A stretch of 64,000 nucleotides of DNA from IMG/VR virus record IMGVR_UViG_3300034117_001294, positions 124,001 through 188,000 of that record. One strand, 5' to 3'. A program made the position numbers and the translations under genes. Positions within the stretch are counted from its first letter, which is position 1; every line of letters begins with the position of its first letter. The notes beneath the pieces were generated by a model. It was not told where the DNA came from. It worked only from the letters and a program-made list of their open reading frames with translations, and ran no database searches. Positions 8,957 to 18,147 of this stretch are shown one piece after another.

Positions 8957-9957
8957 AAGTTATTTTAGTCACTGGCGGTAGTGGCTACGTAGGTAGTCAT
9001 GTTGCAAAAATGCTTTTCGAGCATGGGTATTTTCCTGTTGTATTTGACATGCAGGCCAAAGCAAGGCCGTGGGCAAGTCCCCATTGGCCTGCTGTTTGCG
9101 GAGACATAAACAACAAATGGTCATTAGACTTGTTATTTGAACAGTGGCAATTTGATGCAGTTATACACCTTGCCGCTAGTAGCGAAGTTGGTGCGAGTGT
9201 TACTGATCCATTAAGATACTATCAAAACAATGTAGGCGGAACAGCCGAGTTGTTGCGAGCCTGTGCAAAACATAACGTAACCAAAGTTATTTTTAGTTCT
9301 ACAAGTAGTGTCTACGGAGAGGTCAATATCAATAATCTTCCTACTAAAGAAGATCATGCTAAAACTCCAGTTACTAGTTACGGCTCAAGTAAATGGGCTG
9401 TTGAATGTATGCTACGAGATGTAGACATAGCACATAATATTAGGTCAGTTAGCTTACGATATTTTAATGCCAGCGGTGCTAGTCCGGATGGTACGATCGG
9501 AGAATTTCGTAACAGACCCACGCATTTGATTCCTAGCATACAAAATGTATACGACGGAAAAAAGGATGCGTTTGATATTTACGGAGTAGACTATCCTACA
9601 AAGGATGGTAGTGCTGTTCGTGACTTTACTCACATATGGGACATTGCAGATGCACATTTAAAAGCATTGCAGTATCTTGATGCAGGCGGAAAAACTGATG
9701 CAGTTAACATAGGTGCAGGGTCCGGCAAGAGTGTCTTAGAGATGTTAATCGAATACCAAGACCAAAAAGACCAAGCAATCACTGTTAACATAACGCCAAG
9801 AAGGCCCGGCGATATCCCTATGAATTATGCAGACATTGCCAAGGCAAAAAGCATTCTCGATTGGGAGCCAAAAATGAGTAGTGCTAAAAAAATTATAGAA
9901 GATGCTATTCAATGGTATTCAAGTGACCTTTACAAAGAACTAGCGAGTAATTCATGA
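8953..9957 (+). CDS. galE: UDP-glucose 4-epimerase
   Basis: TGGSGYVGSH, HLAA, FSSTSSVYG, YGSSK (YxxxK), LRYFNASG, DGSAVRDFTH, RRPGD. Confidence 0.9.
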   Translation: MKVILVTGGSGYVGSHVAKMLFEHGYFPVVFDMQAKARPWASPHWPAVCGDINNKWSLDLLFEQWQFDAVIHLAASSEVGASVTDPLRYYQNNVGGTAELLRACAKHNVTKVIFSSTSSVYGEVNINNLPTKEDHAKTPVTSYGSSKWAVECMLRDVDIAHNIRSVSLRYFNASGASPDGTIGEFRNRPTHLIPSIQNVYDGKKDAFDIYGVDYPTKDGSAVRDFTHIWDIADAHLKALQYLDAGGKTDAVNIGAGSGKSVLEMLIEYQDQKDQAITVNITPRRPGDIPMNYADIAKAKSILDWEPKMSSAKKIIEDAIQWYSSDLYKELASNS

Positions 9958-10310
9958 TCGAAGTATTAATCATATTGGCATTGTTACAGATCAAGCATTG
10001 GTACATCGACTTTGTTAACCAAACAACTGAAGAAGTACAGCACAAAGGAATTTACCTTAATTGGTTAGGTGTTAAGCATAGTCTTAAACACGGAGTTGCT
10101 ACTGCGGCTATCTTGTTCTTATTCACTCCAGTAAGTTGGGCAATCTTATTGGGGTTTATTGATTTCGTATTGCATTATCATATTGACTGGACTAAAATGA
10201 ATAAAGGCAATAGAGACATCACCACTCCTCAGTTCTGGAATCATCTAGGACTTGACCAAATGGCCCACCAACTAGTTTACCTAGTAATTGTAGCAGTACT
10301 AATAGTATGA
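9954..10310 (+). CDS. DUF3307-like membrane protein
   Basis: KHWYIDF, KHSLKHG, HYHIDWTK, GLDQMAHQ with hydrophobic helices. Confidence 0.65.
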   Translation: MIEVLIILALLQIKHWYIDFVNQTTEEVQHKGIYLNWLGVKHSLKHGVATAAILFLFTPVSWAILLGFIDFVLHYHIDWTKMNKGNRDITTPQFWNHLGLDQMAHQLVYLVIVAVLIV

Positions 10311-10789
10311 AAAAAGAATATAACATTAAAGACAGAGTTTGGATTCATTTAGGTGAACGTAAACTTGTAGAAGGTAGAGTGGTGGAAATTATTGACCTAG
10401 TACATTTAAAAGAAGGACATAGTTCCGATCGTGAACTATACATTATCGAACTTAAAACAGGAATTGACGACGTTTACGAAGTTAGAGATTACGATCAGAT
10501 TAGTCCTGATGCTAGAGGTCCCATTAATTTGTTTAGGAATAGTAAAACTGATATCCTAAAGAATCAACGATACTTGAATAAAGTAGGCATTAAGATGCCA
10601 GTAGATGGACCAAATCCTCTTGAAGATATTGCCAATGAAATTAATAGTGAGCTTGCTAGAAATGACGAAGGTCCAACTATTGAAGAAATTCATGCAGCAC
10701 TTGATAAGAGTTTAAAAGACACTGAGCACCAACCTCTAAATTTAAAAACAGATAAACCTAAGCGTAGATACTTTAAAAAGAAAAAATAA
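10307..10789 (+). CDS. hypothetical protein
   Basis: ATGA/TAATG coupled ORF; no recognised motif. Confidence 0.6.
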   Translation: MKKEYNIKDRVWIHLGERKLVEGRVVEIIDLVHLKEGHSSDRELYIIELKTGIDDVYEVRDYDQISPDARGPINLFRNSKTDILKNQRYLNKVGIKMPVDGPNPLEDIANEINSELARNDEGPTIEEIHAALDKSLKDTEHQPLNLKTDKPKRRYFKKKK

Positions 10790-11136
10790 TGAATAGTGAT
10801 CCCTGGATTGGTGTCCTTGAGCAATTAGAGCCCAATTATCAAGACCTTAAGTATATGTCAGAACACGCACCTAAGATTAGACTAGTATTGCGTAAAGTTA
10901 ATCTAGCATGGCGTGTGCGAATCGAAGAAGATTGGGAACACGTATCTGATGACGAACAGTATCTTTATTACACAGCAGATTACGGCAATTTAGATACAAG
11001 ATGCGAATGGTCTGCTACTCAACTAAAAGATTGGAAGTTAGTTAATCGCCTTAGTTATCAAGAATGGAAGTTTTGGAAACGTGAAGACGCCGATAAATTT
11101 TTAACCATATTCAATTTAAAATGGTCATGTCAGTAA
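10789..11136 (+). CDS. hypothetical protein (C-terminal F-x-LKW motif)
   Basis: Coupled ORF; ends ...FLTIFNLKWS. Confidence 0.55.
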   Translation: MNSDPWIGVLEQLEPNYQDLKYMSEHAPKIRLVLRKVNLAWRVRIEEDWEHVSDDEQYLYYTADYGNLDTRCEWSATQLKDWKLVNRLSYQEWKFWKREDADKFLTIFNLKWSCQ

Positions 11137-11432
11137 GATGTCAAGTTATTGAAGAAAACGGTACTAGCCGAGTAGTAGAAATACATAAAGTAGTAGTACA
11201 CCGATTTATGATGGGTGATGTTGACGACCCAGACTTGTATGCGGCTCAGCCATTATGGGAATGGGAAAAAAGCGAAGCTGGACAATATGTAATGGAACAC
11301 GCTATAGATAAACCAGAATGGCATAGGAACATTAGTCACTTGACAATGGGACACGAATATGCTATAATAGCTGAGTTAGAAAAGAAAAAACTGTCAGAAT
11401 TTTATTTAAAGTTTGGAAAAGTAAATGCGTAA
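11121..11432 (+). CDS. hypothetical protein (C-terminal F-x-LKF motif)
   Basis: Ends ...LSEFYLKFG. Confidence 0.55.
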   Translation: MVMSVRCQVIEENGTSRVVEIHKVVVHRFMMGDVDDPDLYAAQPLWEWEKSEAGQYVMEHAIDKPEWHRNISHLTMGHEYAIIAELEKKKLSEFYLKFGKVNA

Positions 11433-12261
11433 TCACTATTGGACATGCTCAAAGTTTGCGGATTGGATCCGCGGCACAGCCAAACTCAAGGCTGGCACAT
11501 CAGAAGAATGGGACGAATGGACTACTACTGCACAAATGCGACACAACTTCCGCTACTGGTTAGCAGAAGAAGGTTTAGATTACTTACAAAAAATTGTTTA
11601 TTTTATTCCGGACAAACTACATGCTATCAAGTACTACATTAACAACCGTTGGGTTAGTCGGACTCATAGTCTTACCGCTCATCCCCGGGATATTAAGCCT
11701 GGCCAGTGGCAAGACGTGGGGAACCGCTTTCTGCCTTGCCTATTCAATGAGCTGGTTGATTTTGTTGAGATAGAATCAGCGTGGAGTCATATTGCTTGGG
11801 GCGACAAAGAAGCTCGTGCCAAATACAATCCTCCATTCTATGCAAGTGGTTGGTGGCGTTGGAGAACTTGGCGTTGTCCCCAAGCTGGCCTTGATCACCT
11901 TGACTGGGCCATGACATTGACCATGGGCTCAGACTGGGGTGTGGAAGAAGACAATCTAAACTTTGGCAAGCCCACTGGACAAGCTATCCGTGCCAAAGAG
12001 CTTAAAGAGCTTTATGTTTGGTGGACTGTAACCTATCGCAATCGTCCTGACCCCTACGATGTAAGTGGCTGGACAGAATACTGCGAAAAGTCTCGGTTAC
12101 TTAACGATGGCAGACTCTTTGGCAGCAAGAAGACTCCCGAACTTGAAGAACTCAGCACACGTTCACATGAACTACTGCAAAAGATCGAAGCTGACTATAC
12201 GGCTGAAGACGAAGCCATGATGATCCGTTTGATCAAGGCACGTGACAGTCTTTGGACATGA
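11425..12261 (+). CDS. Trp-rich hypothetical protein
   Basis: 278-aa ORF in operon context. Confidence 0.6.
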   Translation: MRNHYWTCSKFADWIRGTAKLKAGTSEEWDEWTTTAQMRHNFRYWLAEEGLDYLQKIVYFIPDKLHAIKYYINNRWVSRTHSLTAHPRDIKPGQWQDVGNRFLPCLFNELVDFVEIESAWSHIAWGDKEARAKYNPPFYASGWWRWRTWRCPQAGLDHLDWAMTLTMGSDWGVEEDNLNFGKPTGQAIRAKELKELYVWWTVTYRNRPDPYDVSGWTEYCEKSRLLNDGRLFGSKKTPELEELSTRSHELLQKIEADYTAEDEAMMIRLIKARDSLWT

Positions 12262-12443
12262 TCCTAAGAATAATAACTATTGCAATAGTTCTAAGCATTC
12301 CTATATTGATTTTAGTCAATAATAGGTTGCCTAGAGTGCATTATTATAACTGCGAAATTGCAGAGTTTCATCCCGATTACCCGATTGCGGTTAAAGAAGA
12401 GTGCCGTAAGATTCGTTCAGATTCAAAACAAGTAACTATATGA
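12252..12443 (+). CDS. small membrane-anchored protein
   Basis: N-terminal TM helix, C..E.HPDYP....EEC. Confidence 0.5.
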   Translation: MDMILRIITIAIVLSIPILILVNNRLPRVHYYNCEIAEFHPDYPIAVKEECRKIRSDSKQVTI

Positions 12444-12976
12444 AACCTAGTAAAAGTCCAGACCGACATACCTTTCAAAAAGAAGGATATGTCGAACGTA
12501 TGAAAGAAAAAGGCGAAGAACCTAGTCAAGACTACTTGGACATGTTTCAAAAGATTTTAGAAGAAGCTGATCTAAAATGGCAAACTCCAGAGTCCAAGAT
12601 TGATAACATGGAATACGATCTAGTAACCACTGATTGGATTTTGGCAAAAGTTCGTGCTAACAAATCATATGCCCAAAATCTTTATGCCGCAATCTGCAAC
12701 AACGATTTCCAAAAGTTAGCAGTCATTCCTATCCTAACTGAAAAAACTTGGAGTGCCAGTTGGAGATCGGCTGGGGGCATTATTGCAGATATGCGTCAAG
12801 AGGGCGACTACATCGATTGGTATTGTTCGGGTATTCGAAACGACGGCAATTATGATCCAGAAATAAACATCAAGTTCCCAAACGGATATGTTCCGGAAAA
12901 GGTAGTTACTGATGAGATTCGAGAAGACCTAAAACGACTTGGTTGGATAGTCGTGGACCAAAATGATGAATTCTAA
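12440..12976 (+). CDS. hypothetical protein
   Basis: Coupled ORF. Confidence 0.6.
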   Translation: MKPSKSPDRHTFQKEGYVERMKEKGEEPSQDYLDMFQKILEEADLKWQTPESKIDNMEYDLVTTDWILAKVRANKSYAQNLYAAICNNDFQKLAVIPILTEKTWSASWRSAGGIIADMRQEGDYIDWYCSGIRNDGNYDPEINIKFPNGYVPEKVVTDEIREDLKRLGWIVVDQNDEF

Positions 12977-13254
12977 TGAGCAAACCAATTGTATTAAATT
13001 TGGAGCAATGGCTCCGTCTGCATTCTCAACTGACTAAAGATACCCCTCCCAGTGTAATGCTTATTCGAGATAAGATGAAGTCTGTTTTAGGATTTACTGT
13101 TAGGAGACATGCAGTATGGAAAACGGATTCAGATTTTGGACACAAATACCTGAAAGAATCTATACACTTGGATTTTTACAACGAGCCAAAACGCACCATG
13201 TTTCTGCTGAAATATAGTGAATATTTGGACAAAACTGGTATTACCGACTCTTGA
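12976..13254 (+). CDS. hypothetical protein (F-x-LKY motif)
   Basis: ...KRTMFLLKYS... Confidence 0.55.
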   Translation: MSKPIVLNLEQWLRLHSQLTKDTPPSVMLIRDKMKSVLGFTVRRHAVWKTDSDFGHKYLKESIHLDFYNEPKRTMFLLKYSEYLDKTGITDS

Positions 13255-13279
13255 CAAAGCCCCCAATTGGCTATATAAT
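13251..13279 (+). promoter_or_regulatory. consensus sigma70 promoter
   Basis: TTGACA-17 bp-TATAAT, followed by AAAGGAG and ATG 13311. Confidence 0.85.
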
Positions 13280-13310
13280 AATAACATACTGAAACACAAA
13301 GGAGCGACAC

Positions 13311-14525
13311 ATGGCAACAGTTGCAGGCATCAAGATCAAACCCAAAGTTAAAAAAGAAAAAATCACTAGCCAAAGCATTCGTGAGAATGCCAAACGTGAC
13401 TATAGCCCAAAGTGGGACAATACCGCAGAGCTAACTGGCGAAGAATTTAATCGTCACTTCCGTGGTGCTATGGCCTACTACCGTTTGGAAAAGACTAATA
13501 AGGATCTTAAGCCAGCAGTTATCAACTGGATGGCAGCAAACGGCTACGACAAGTCAGACATCAAAGCATTTAAAGACACTAAGGACAGTCGTTGCGGTAC
13601 AACTATGGGCAGTGTTGCCGCTTGCCTGCTTCGTGGTATGCCAGAAGTTCATGAAGACTTTAATCAAGGTCGAGACACTGCACAATGGTTGCGAAACGAA
13701 ATTGCCAAGGTAATTGAGCAAGGTGCTGATGACGAAGTTGAAGATGACAAAGAAATAAAATCTGCAAAAATTACAGTAGCACAACCTACTATTCAAGATC
13801 GTATGCGTGAGGCTGCTGGCACAATGAGCGAAGAACTCGATGCCGCCATCGACAGCTGGATCTTAGACCCAGAAGCATTCAATCCCAAGGATATCAAGAT
13901 TATTAATCTGTTGCGTAGTAAAGGTGCCAAGGCCGCCCACTCACGTTTTATTAAACAGTATTTTCAGCGAAACTTTGATGAACTAGCCGAACTGGCTAGT
14001 GGTAATGCCGATGAACAGTTGCGTGAAGCGTATAAGCACAACAGTCGAAAGAATGTTAAGAAACTGATTGAGTTCTACGAAATGATTATGGCTGCATGTG
14101 AACAGATTGCCGCCGAACAGAAAATTCTAAAGAAGCCACGTGCTAAGAAAGTTAAGCCAGCAGAAGAGCTAGTGGCAAAACTCAAATTTAAACCTATTGA
14201 CGATAAACTAGGTGTAGTGTCAGTGCCGGCTGCGGGCTTGATCGGAGCACAGGCGGCAGTTATTTACAACAGCAAGACTCGAAAAATTGGTATCTATATT
14301 GCTAAGACATCAGCCGGGCTGAGTGTCAAAGGTACTAGTATTGCTGAGTTTACTGAAAAGAGCTTCCAGAAAACTCTGCGTAAGCCGGCAGATCAACTAC
14401 GTGAGTTTAAAGAACAGAACACTCAGAGACGAGTTACAGATTGGTTTGGTAAGATTAAAGCTACCGAGACTATTATGAACGGGCGTATGAATGTGGACAT
14501 TATGATTTTAAAGGTGTTTAAATGA
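13311..14525 (+). CDS. early hypothetical protein (404 aa, basic C-terminus)
   Basis: Strong promoter and RBS; no recognised family. Confidence 0.7.
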   Translation: MATVAGIKIKPKVKKEKITSQSIRENAKRDYSPKWDNTAELTGEEFNRHFRGAMAYYRLEKTNKDLKPAVINWMAANGYDKSDIKAFKDTKDSRCGTTMGSVAACLLRGMPEVHEDFNQGRDTAQWLRNEIAKVIEQGADDEVEDDKEIKSAKITVAQPTIQDRMREAAGTMSEELDAAIDSWILDPEAFNPKDIKIINLLRSKGAKAAHSRFIKQYFQRNFDELAELASGNADEQLREAYKHNSRKNVKKLIEFYEMIMAACEQIAAEQKILKKPRAKKVKPAEELVAKLKFKPIDDKLGVVSVPAAGLIGAQAAVIYNSKTRKIGIYIAKTSAGLSVKGTSIAEFTEKSFQKTLRKPADQLREFKEQNTQRRVTDWFGKIKATETIMNGRMNVDIMILKVFK

Positions 14526-14740
14526 ATGTTGTAGAAACAGTTATGTGGAGGAAATACTCCATTGACTTAAACACTGGACCAGAGCTAGAATACATTAACA
14601 TGGCTGTGGAGTTAACTAACAATCGATGTGTGACTATATGTAAAGAAGTTCAAGAAAGTTTTGAAATTAGCCCTCGATTAAAACCTGTAGTAGTACAAGT
14701 AATTGATGCGTGTACGACAAAAATTAAAGTAACTAAATGA
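14522..14740 (+). CDS. hypothetical protein
   Basis: ATGA-coupled on both sides. Confidence 0.5.
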   Translation: MNVVETVMWRKYSIDLNTGPELEYINMAVELTNNRCVTICKEVQESFEISPRLKPVVVQVIDACTTKIKVTK

Positions 14741-15513
14741 AGAATATTATTTTAATAATGTGTCTTGCCTCTGCGGCAGTTGGATGTACTACAGTTCCTG
14801 AGTCATATTATCCAACAAAGGACACTAACTATCACACTAACGGAATTCCTATTGAGGAAAAGTATGTTTTTAAGGAAGTAAAAAATACTCCAAGGCCAAC
14901 TGTTATCATTGCACACGGGTGTGACGGCACTCAAAATCAGTCCTATAAAGAATGGTTAGTACAAGTTAGTCGTTGGGGTTACAATGGAGTTATGGTAGAT
15001 TCTTTTTTGCCAAGAGGTTTTTCTAACCTCTGTCATAGAGGATATGCAGTTAATCCCGAATTACGGGCATACGATATTGGCAAGTTAGTTGATTATATTA
15101 AAAAACAAACTTGGCATACTGGAAAAATAGCAGTAATAGGATTTAGCCACGGAGGCAGTACTGTGTTAAATCTAGCAAATAACGATCGGGTCAGCGGAGT
15201 AGATGCCGCAATAGCATATTATCCGAGCTGTTACAATAAGTATTTCAATTTTATAGGAAGAGATTGGTCAAGACCACAGTTTCCTGTGCAGATACATTTT
15301 GGAGATAAGGACACATGGACGCCGCCAGAATTATGTACAAATATAGAGAAATATGAATCACACATGTATAAAAATGCCACCCATGCGTTTGATATGAATT
15401 TTCCATCAAGAGTTGCATACGGATATTACATGGAGTATAATTCAGAAGCAGACAGGCTCTCAAGAAAACGAACAAAAGAATTTTTAGATAAAAATTTAGT
15501 TGCAAACAAATAA
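14737..15513 (+). CDS. dienelactone-hydrolase-family alpha/beta hydrolase, lipoprotein
   Basis: AHGCDG, GFSHGG nucleophile elbow, GDKD, ATHAFD; lipobox AVGC. Confidence 0.75.
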   Translation: MKNIILIMCLASAAVGCTTVPESYYPTKDTNYHTNGIPIEEKYVFKEVKNTPRPTVIIAHGCDGTQNQSYKEWLVQVSRWGYNGVMVDSFLPRGFSNLCHRGYAVNPELRAYDIGKLVDYIKKQTWHTGKIAVIGFSHGGSTVLNLANNDRVSGVDAAIAYYPSCYNKYFNFIGRDWSRPQFPVQIHFGDKDTWTPPELCTNIEKYESHMYKNATHAFDMNFPSRVAYGYYMEYNSEADRLSRKRTKEFLDKNLVANK

Positions 15514-15528
15514 ACAATCTGCTACAAT
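15500..15528 (+). promoter_or_regulatory. sigma70-type promoter
   Basis: TTGCAA-17 bp-TACAAT. Confidence 0.55.
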
Positions 15529-15544
15529 AAACAAAGGAAAAATT

Positions 15545-16165
15545 ATGCTAGTACCAATGGTAATCGAAAAAACAAGTTCGGGAGAACGTGCATTTGACAT
15601 TTTTAGTCGACTGCTGAACGAACGAATTGTTTTCTTAAATGGTCCAGTTGATGACCATAGTGCCAATTTGATTGTGGCACAGATGCTGCATCTTGAAAGT
15701 CAAGATGCAGCCAAAGACATTCATTTTTACATTAACAGTCCTGGCGGAGTAGTCACCGCTGGACTTAGCATCTACGATGTTATGCAGTTTATCAAACCAG
15801 ATGTCTGCACTTATGTTATGGGACAAGCCTGCTCTATGGGCTCTTTCCTTGCACAAGCAGGTGCCAGGGGTAAACGATTTGTACTTCCAGAGGCTCGAAC
15901 AATGATCCATCGTGTTAGTTCAGGAACACGGGGCACAAGCGGATCAGTTCATGTACAAGATCTGCAATTTGAAGATGCTAAACGTAGTTTTGAAGAATCT
16001 AAACGAGTAAACGAACGGCTGACTCAGCTGTATGTCAAACACAATACTGCTGGGAAAACATACGAAGAAATGTTCGAAACTATGAAGTTTGACACATTTT
16101 TAAGTGCCGCAGAGGCTGTACAGCACGGTCTTGCTGATCAAGTAGTGGAAAATAGACCCGTATAA
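15545..16165 (+). CDS. clpP: ATP-dependent Clp protease proteolytic subunit
   Basis: [38 protein letters not shown] (Ser), MIH (His), D-T-FLSA-EA; ATG at 15545 after AAAGGA. Confidence 0.95.
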   Translation: MLVPMVIEKTSSGERAFDIFSRLLNERIVFLNGPVDDHSANLIVAQMLHLESQDAAKDIHFYINSPGGVVTAGLSIYDVMQFIKPDVCTYVMGQACSMGSFLAQAGARGKRFVLPEARTMIHRVSSGTRGTSGSVHVQDLQFEDAKRSFEESKRVNERLTQLYVKHNTAGKTYEEMFETMKFDTFLSAAEAVQHGLADQVVENRPV

Positions 16166-16182
16166 TCGTTCCTAAACTGTAG

Positions 16183-16221
16183 AGCCCCTATGTGCTAAAT
16201 ACACAAAAGCACTTAGGGGCT
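16183..16221. terminator. inverted repeat after clpP, with TAAATA in the loop
   Basis: AGCCCCTA-T-GTGCT / AGCAC-T-TAGGGGCT arms; weak U tract. Confidence 0.5.
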
Positions 16222-16244
16222 TCTCACATTTACGGAACAACACC

Positions 16245-17324
16245 ATGGTAAAGACATTTGATGCAGGTAATCTAGAAAATATTCCACGCGGCAGCTTATT
16301 AATTGTAGAAAACGATTTTAGCGGCGATGTTATTGATGGCGGAACAATTACCAATTTTGGTAGCACAGGTATTAAAGATCTTGCTACAAAACAGACGTTA
16401 GTTGTAGAAGATGATAAAATTACAGTACAGACACTGAATGTAAAGAACATCGAAGGTAACACTACATTCCGAGGGGATGTTAAAATCTATGGTGTACTAG
16501 ATGCAGGATTTGTTCGTACTACAGAAATTATCACAAATCAGATTTATGAAAAGCAATATCTAGAGTTTGCACACGGAGAAAGCGGTACAAACGTAGGTAC
16601 AGGATTGTTATGGCCAGGTGCCCCTTACAATAAACAATTGGTGTTGATGGCTGGTCCTGATCGATTCTTTAGTACAGAAAGCATCGAAATTGCCAAAGGC
16701 AGAAACTATCTTATTGGTGGTGCCAGTGTACTTACTAGCGAAAGCCTGGGCAGTAGCATTGTTAATTCCAGTTTAAAAACTGTAGGAACACTCCGTGACT
16801 TAAATGTAAGTGGTGCTGTAAACTTTAACGACTTTGTTTTTTACAACCCCATTGCTAATAGATTCAGCCTAGGACAAGATGCTCCTACTGCATTGTTTAC
16901 AGTTTACGATTATCCAAATAATGTTGAAGTAGTTATTGATTCAGACGATCGAGGCCGTGGCCGCATCGGTACTCTGAATACCAAGGCACTGGACATTATT
17001 ACAGATGACCAAGTTCGCGTAAGTATTGATGAACAGGGCCATATTACATTTGGACATGAACTCCGTGACAGCACAGTTATTCGTGCATACGGTAAACTGG
17101 CCATCAACGTGAAGAATCCAACTGAAGCATTTGAAGTTGGTGGGAATGTTCGAATTGGCGGAAAGCTACAGATGCGTGGAGTTGAACCTCCAACACAAGG
17201 TGCTTACCAACAAGGAGACATTGTATGGAATGACAATCCTCTACCACAGGGCTTCATTGGTTGGGTCTGTGTCAGATCTGGCACTCCGGGCACTTGGAAG
17301 AATTTTGGTGAAATTAGAGCTTAA
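16245..17324 (+). CDS. putative virion fibre/structural protein
   Basis: Beta-repeat-rich; C-terminal GDIVWN..P..G.IGWVC..SGTPGTWK motif typical of phage fibre ends; TAAATA upstream. Confidence 0.5.
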   Translation: MVKTFDAGNLENIPRGSLLIVENDFSGDVIDGGTITNFGSTGIKDLATKQTLVVEDDKITVQTLNVKNIEGNTTFRGDVKIYGVLDAGFVRTTEIITNQIYEKQYLEFAHGESGTNVGTGLLWPGAPYNKQLVLMAGPDRFFSTESIEIAKGRNYLIGGASVLTSESLGSSIVNSSLKTVGTLRDLNVSGAVNFNDFVFYNPIANRFSLGQDAPTALFTVYDYPNNVEVVIDSDDRGRGRIGTLNTKALDIITDDQVRVSIDEQGHITFGHELRDSTVIRAYGKLAINVKNPTEAFEVGGNVRIGGKLQMRGVEPPTQGAYQQGDIVWNDNPLPQGFIGWVCVRSGTPGTWKNFGEIRA

Positions 17325-17328
17325 ACAC

Positions 17329-17357
17329 TTGACAGAATAAATATCTGCCTATATAAT
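17329..17357 (+). promoter_or_regulatory. consensus sigma70 promoter
   Basis: TTGACA-17 bp-TATAAT. Confidence 0.85.
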
Positions 17358-17364
17358 AGTTACT

Positions 17365-17412
17365 AGCGGTCTTTAACGACTTTCACCCCGCTTTATAAAT
17401 TCTGCATGTCGT
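17365..17412 (+). ncRNA. candidate preQ1-I-like pseudoknot riboswitch in queD leader
   Basis: P1 AGCGG/CCGCT, loop starting UC and ending CACC, tail UUAUAAA, loop ACGAC pairs with downstream GTCGT. Confidence 0.45.
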
Positions 17413-17443
17413 CAAACTTGCTACCTTACAAAGGAGACTAGAG

Positions 17444-17950
17444 ATGGCAAATCTACAACCCGTACAATATAAGTACACCTCGACAAAAGAGTATCACGAT
17501 GCTTTTCCATGTGCATATCGCCAATGGAGAGCCGATAGTCACTGTAACCTAAATCACGGATACAGTTTTTCAATGAAGTTCTATTTTGGAACTAACGACC
17601 TAGACGTTCGTAATTGGGCGGCTGACTACGGTGGCTTAAAAGAACTTAAAAAAATCTTAGAAGATCAATTTGATCACACTACCCTAGTTAGTGCCGACGA
17701 TCCAGAACTAGAATTCTATAAAGAGATGGAACGCCGTAAGTTAGCAAAGCTAACAATACTGCCAGCATTAGGTTGCGAAGCACTGAGCGATATGCTGTAC
17801 AAGTATGTGAATGGTGTTTACATTCCAGACATGTGGGGTGACGGTGAAAGCAAACGTCTTTGGTGTTATCGTGTAGAAGTACGTGAAACCCAAAGTAACA
17901 TGGCATTCCGTGAAGGTCATCGTGAATGGAATGAAGATCTATTTGCGTAA
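17444..17950 (+). CDS. queD: 6-carboxytetrahydropterin synthase (QueD/PTPS family)
   Basis: HCNLNHGYS, DYGGLKELKKILEDQFDH, GCE, VEVRET. Confidence 0.85.
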   Translation: MANLQPVQYKYTSTKEYHDAFPCAYRQWRADSHCNLNHGYSFSMKFYFGTNDLDVRNWAADYGGLKELKKILEDQFDHTTLVSADDPELEFYKEMERRKLAKLTILPALGCEALSDMLYKYVNGVYIPDMWGDGESKRLWCYRVEVRETQSNMAFREGHREWNEDLFA

Positions 17951-18101
17951 AGTATGGAGACTTTGGGCCAAGGCCCTAGGTGAAAAAATGGGCGATACTG
18001 ATCGAGAAGCTGATCGTATTGCCCTTATTCGTACACTAATTGTATCTGTGTACATGATAACCAATTTGTTCATTATTGCTGGTGTTATTAGACATTGGTG
18101 A
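17931..18101 (+). CDS. small membrane protein
   Basis: MKIYLRKVWRLWAKALGEK... followed by a TM helix. Confidence 0.55.
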   Translation: MKIYLRKVWRLWAKALGEKMGDTDREADRIALIRTLIVSVYMITNLFIIAGVIRHW

Positions 18102-18130
18102 TTGACAATGCTACATAAATCCTGTACAAT
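18102..18130 (+). promoter_or_regulatory. sigma70-type promoter
   Basis: TTGACA-17 bp-TACAAT. Confidence 0.75.
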
Positions 18131-18147
18131 AAGATATTACTAGAAAG

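Noticed and set aside
16172-16462. Antisense ORFs of 60-130 aa in the track (e.g. 16172-16462, 40184-40513, 44897-45283, 57167-57526)
   Set aside because: They lie entirely opposite well-supported genes and have no motifs or expression signals.
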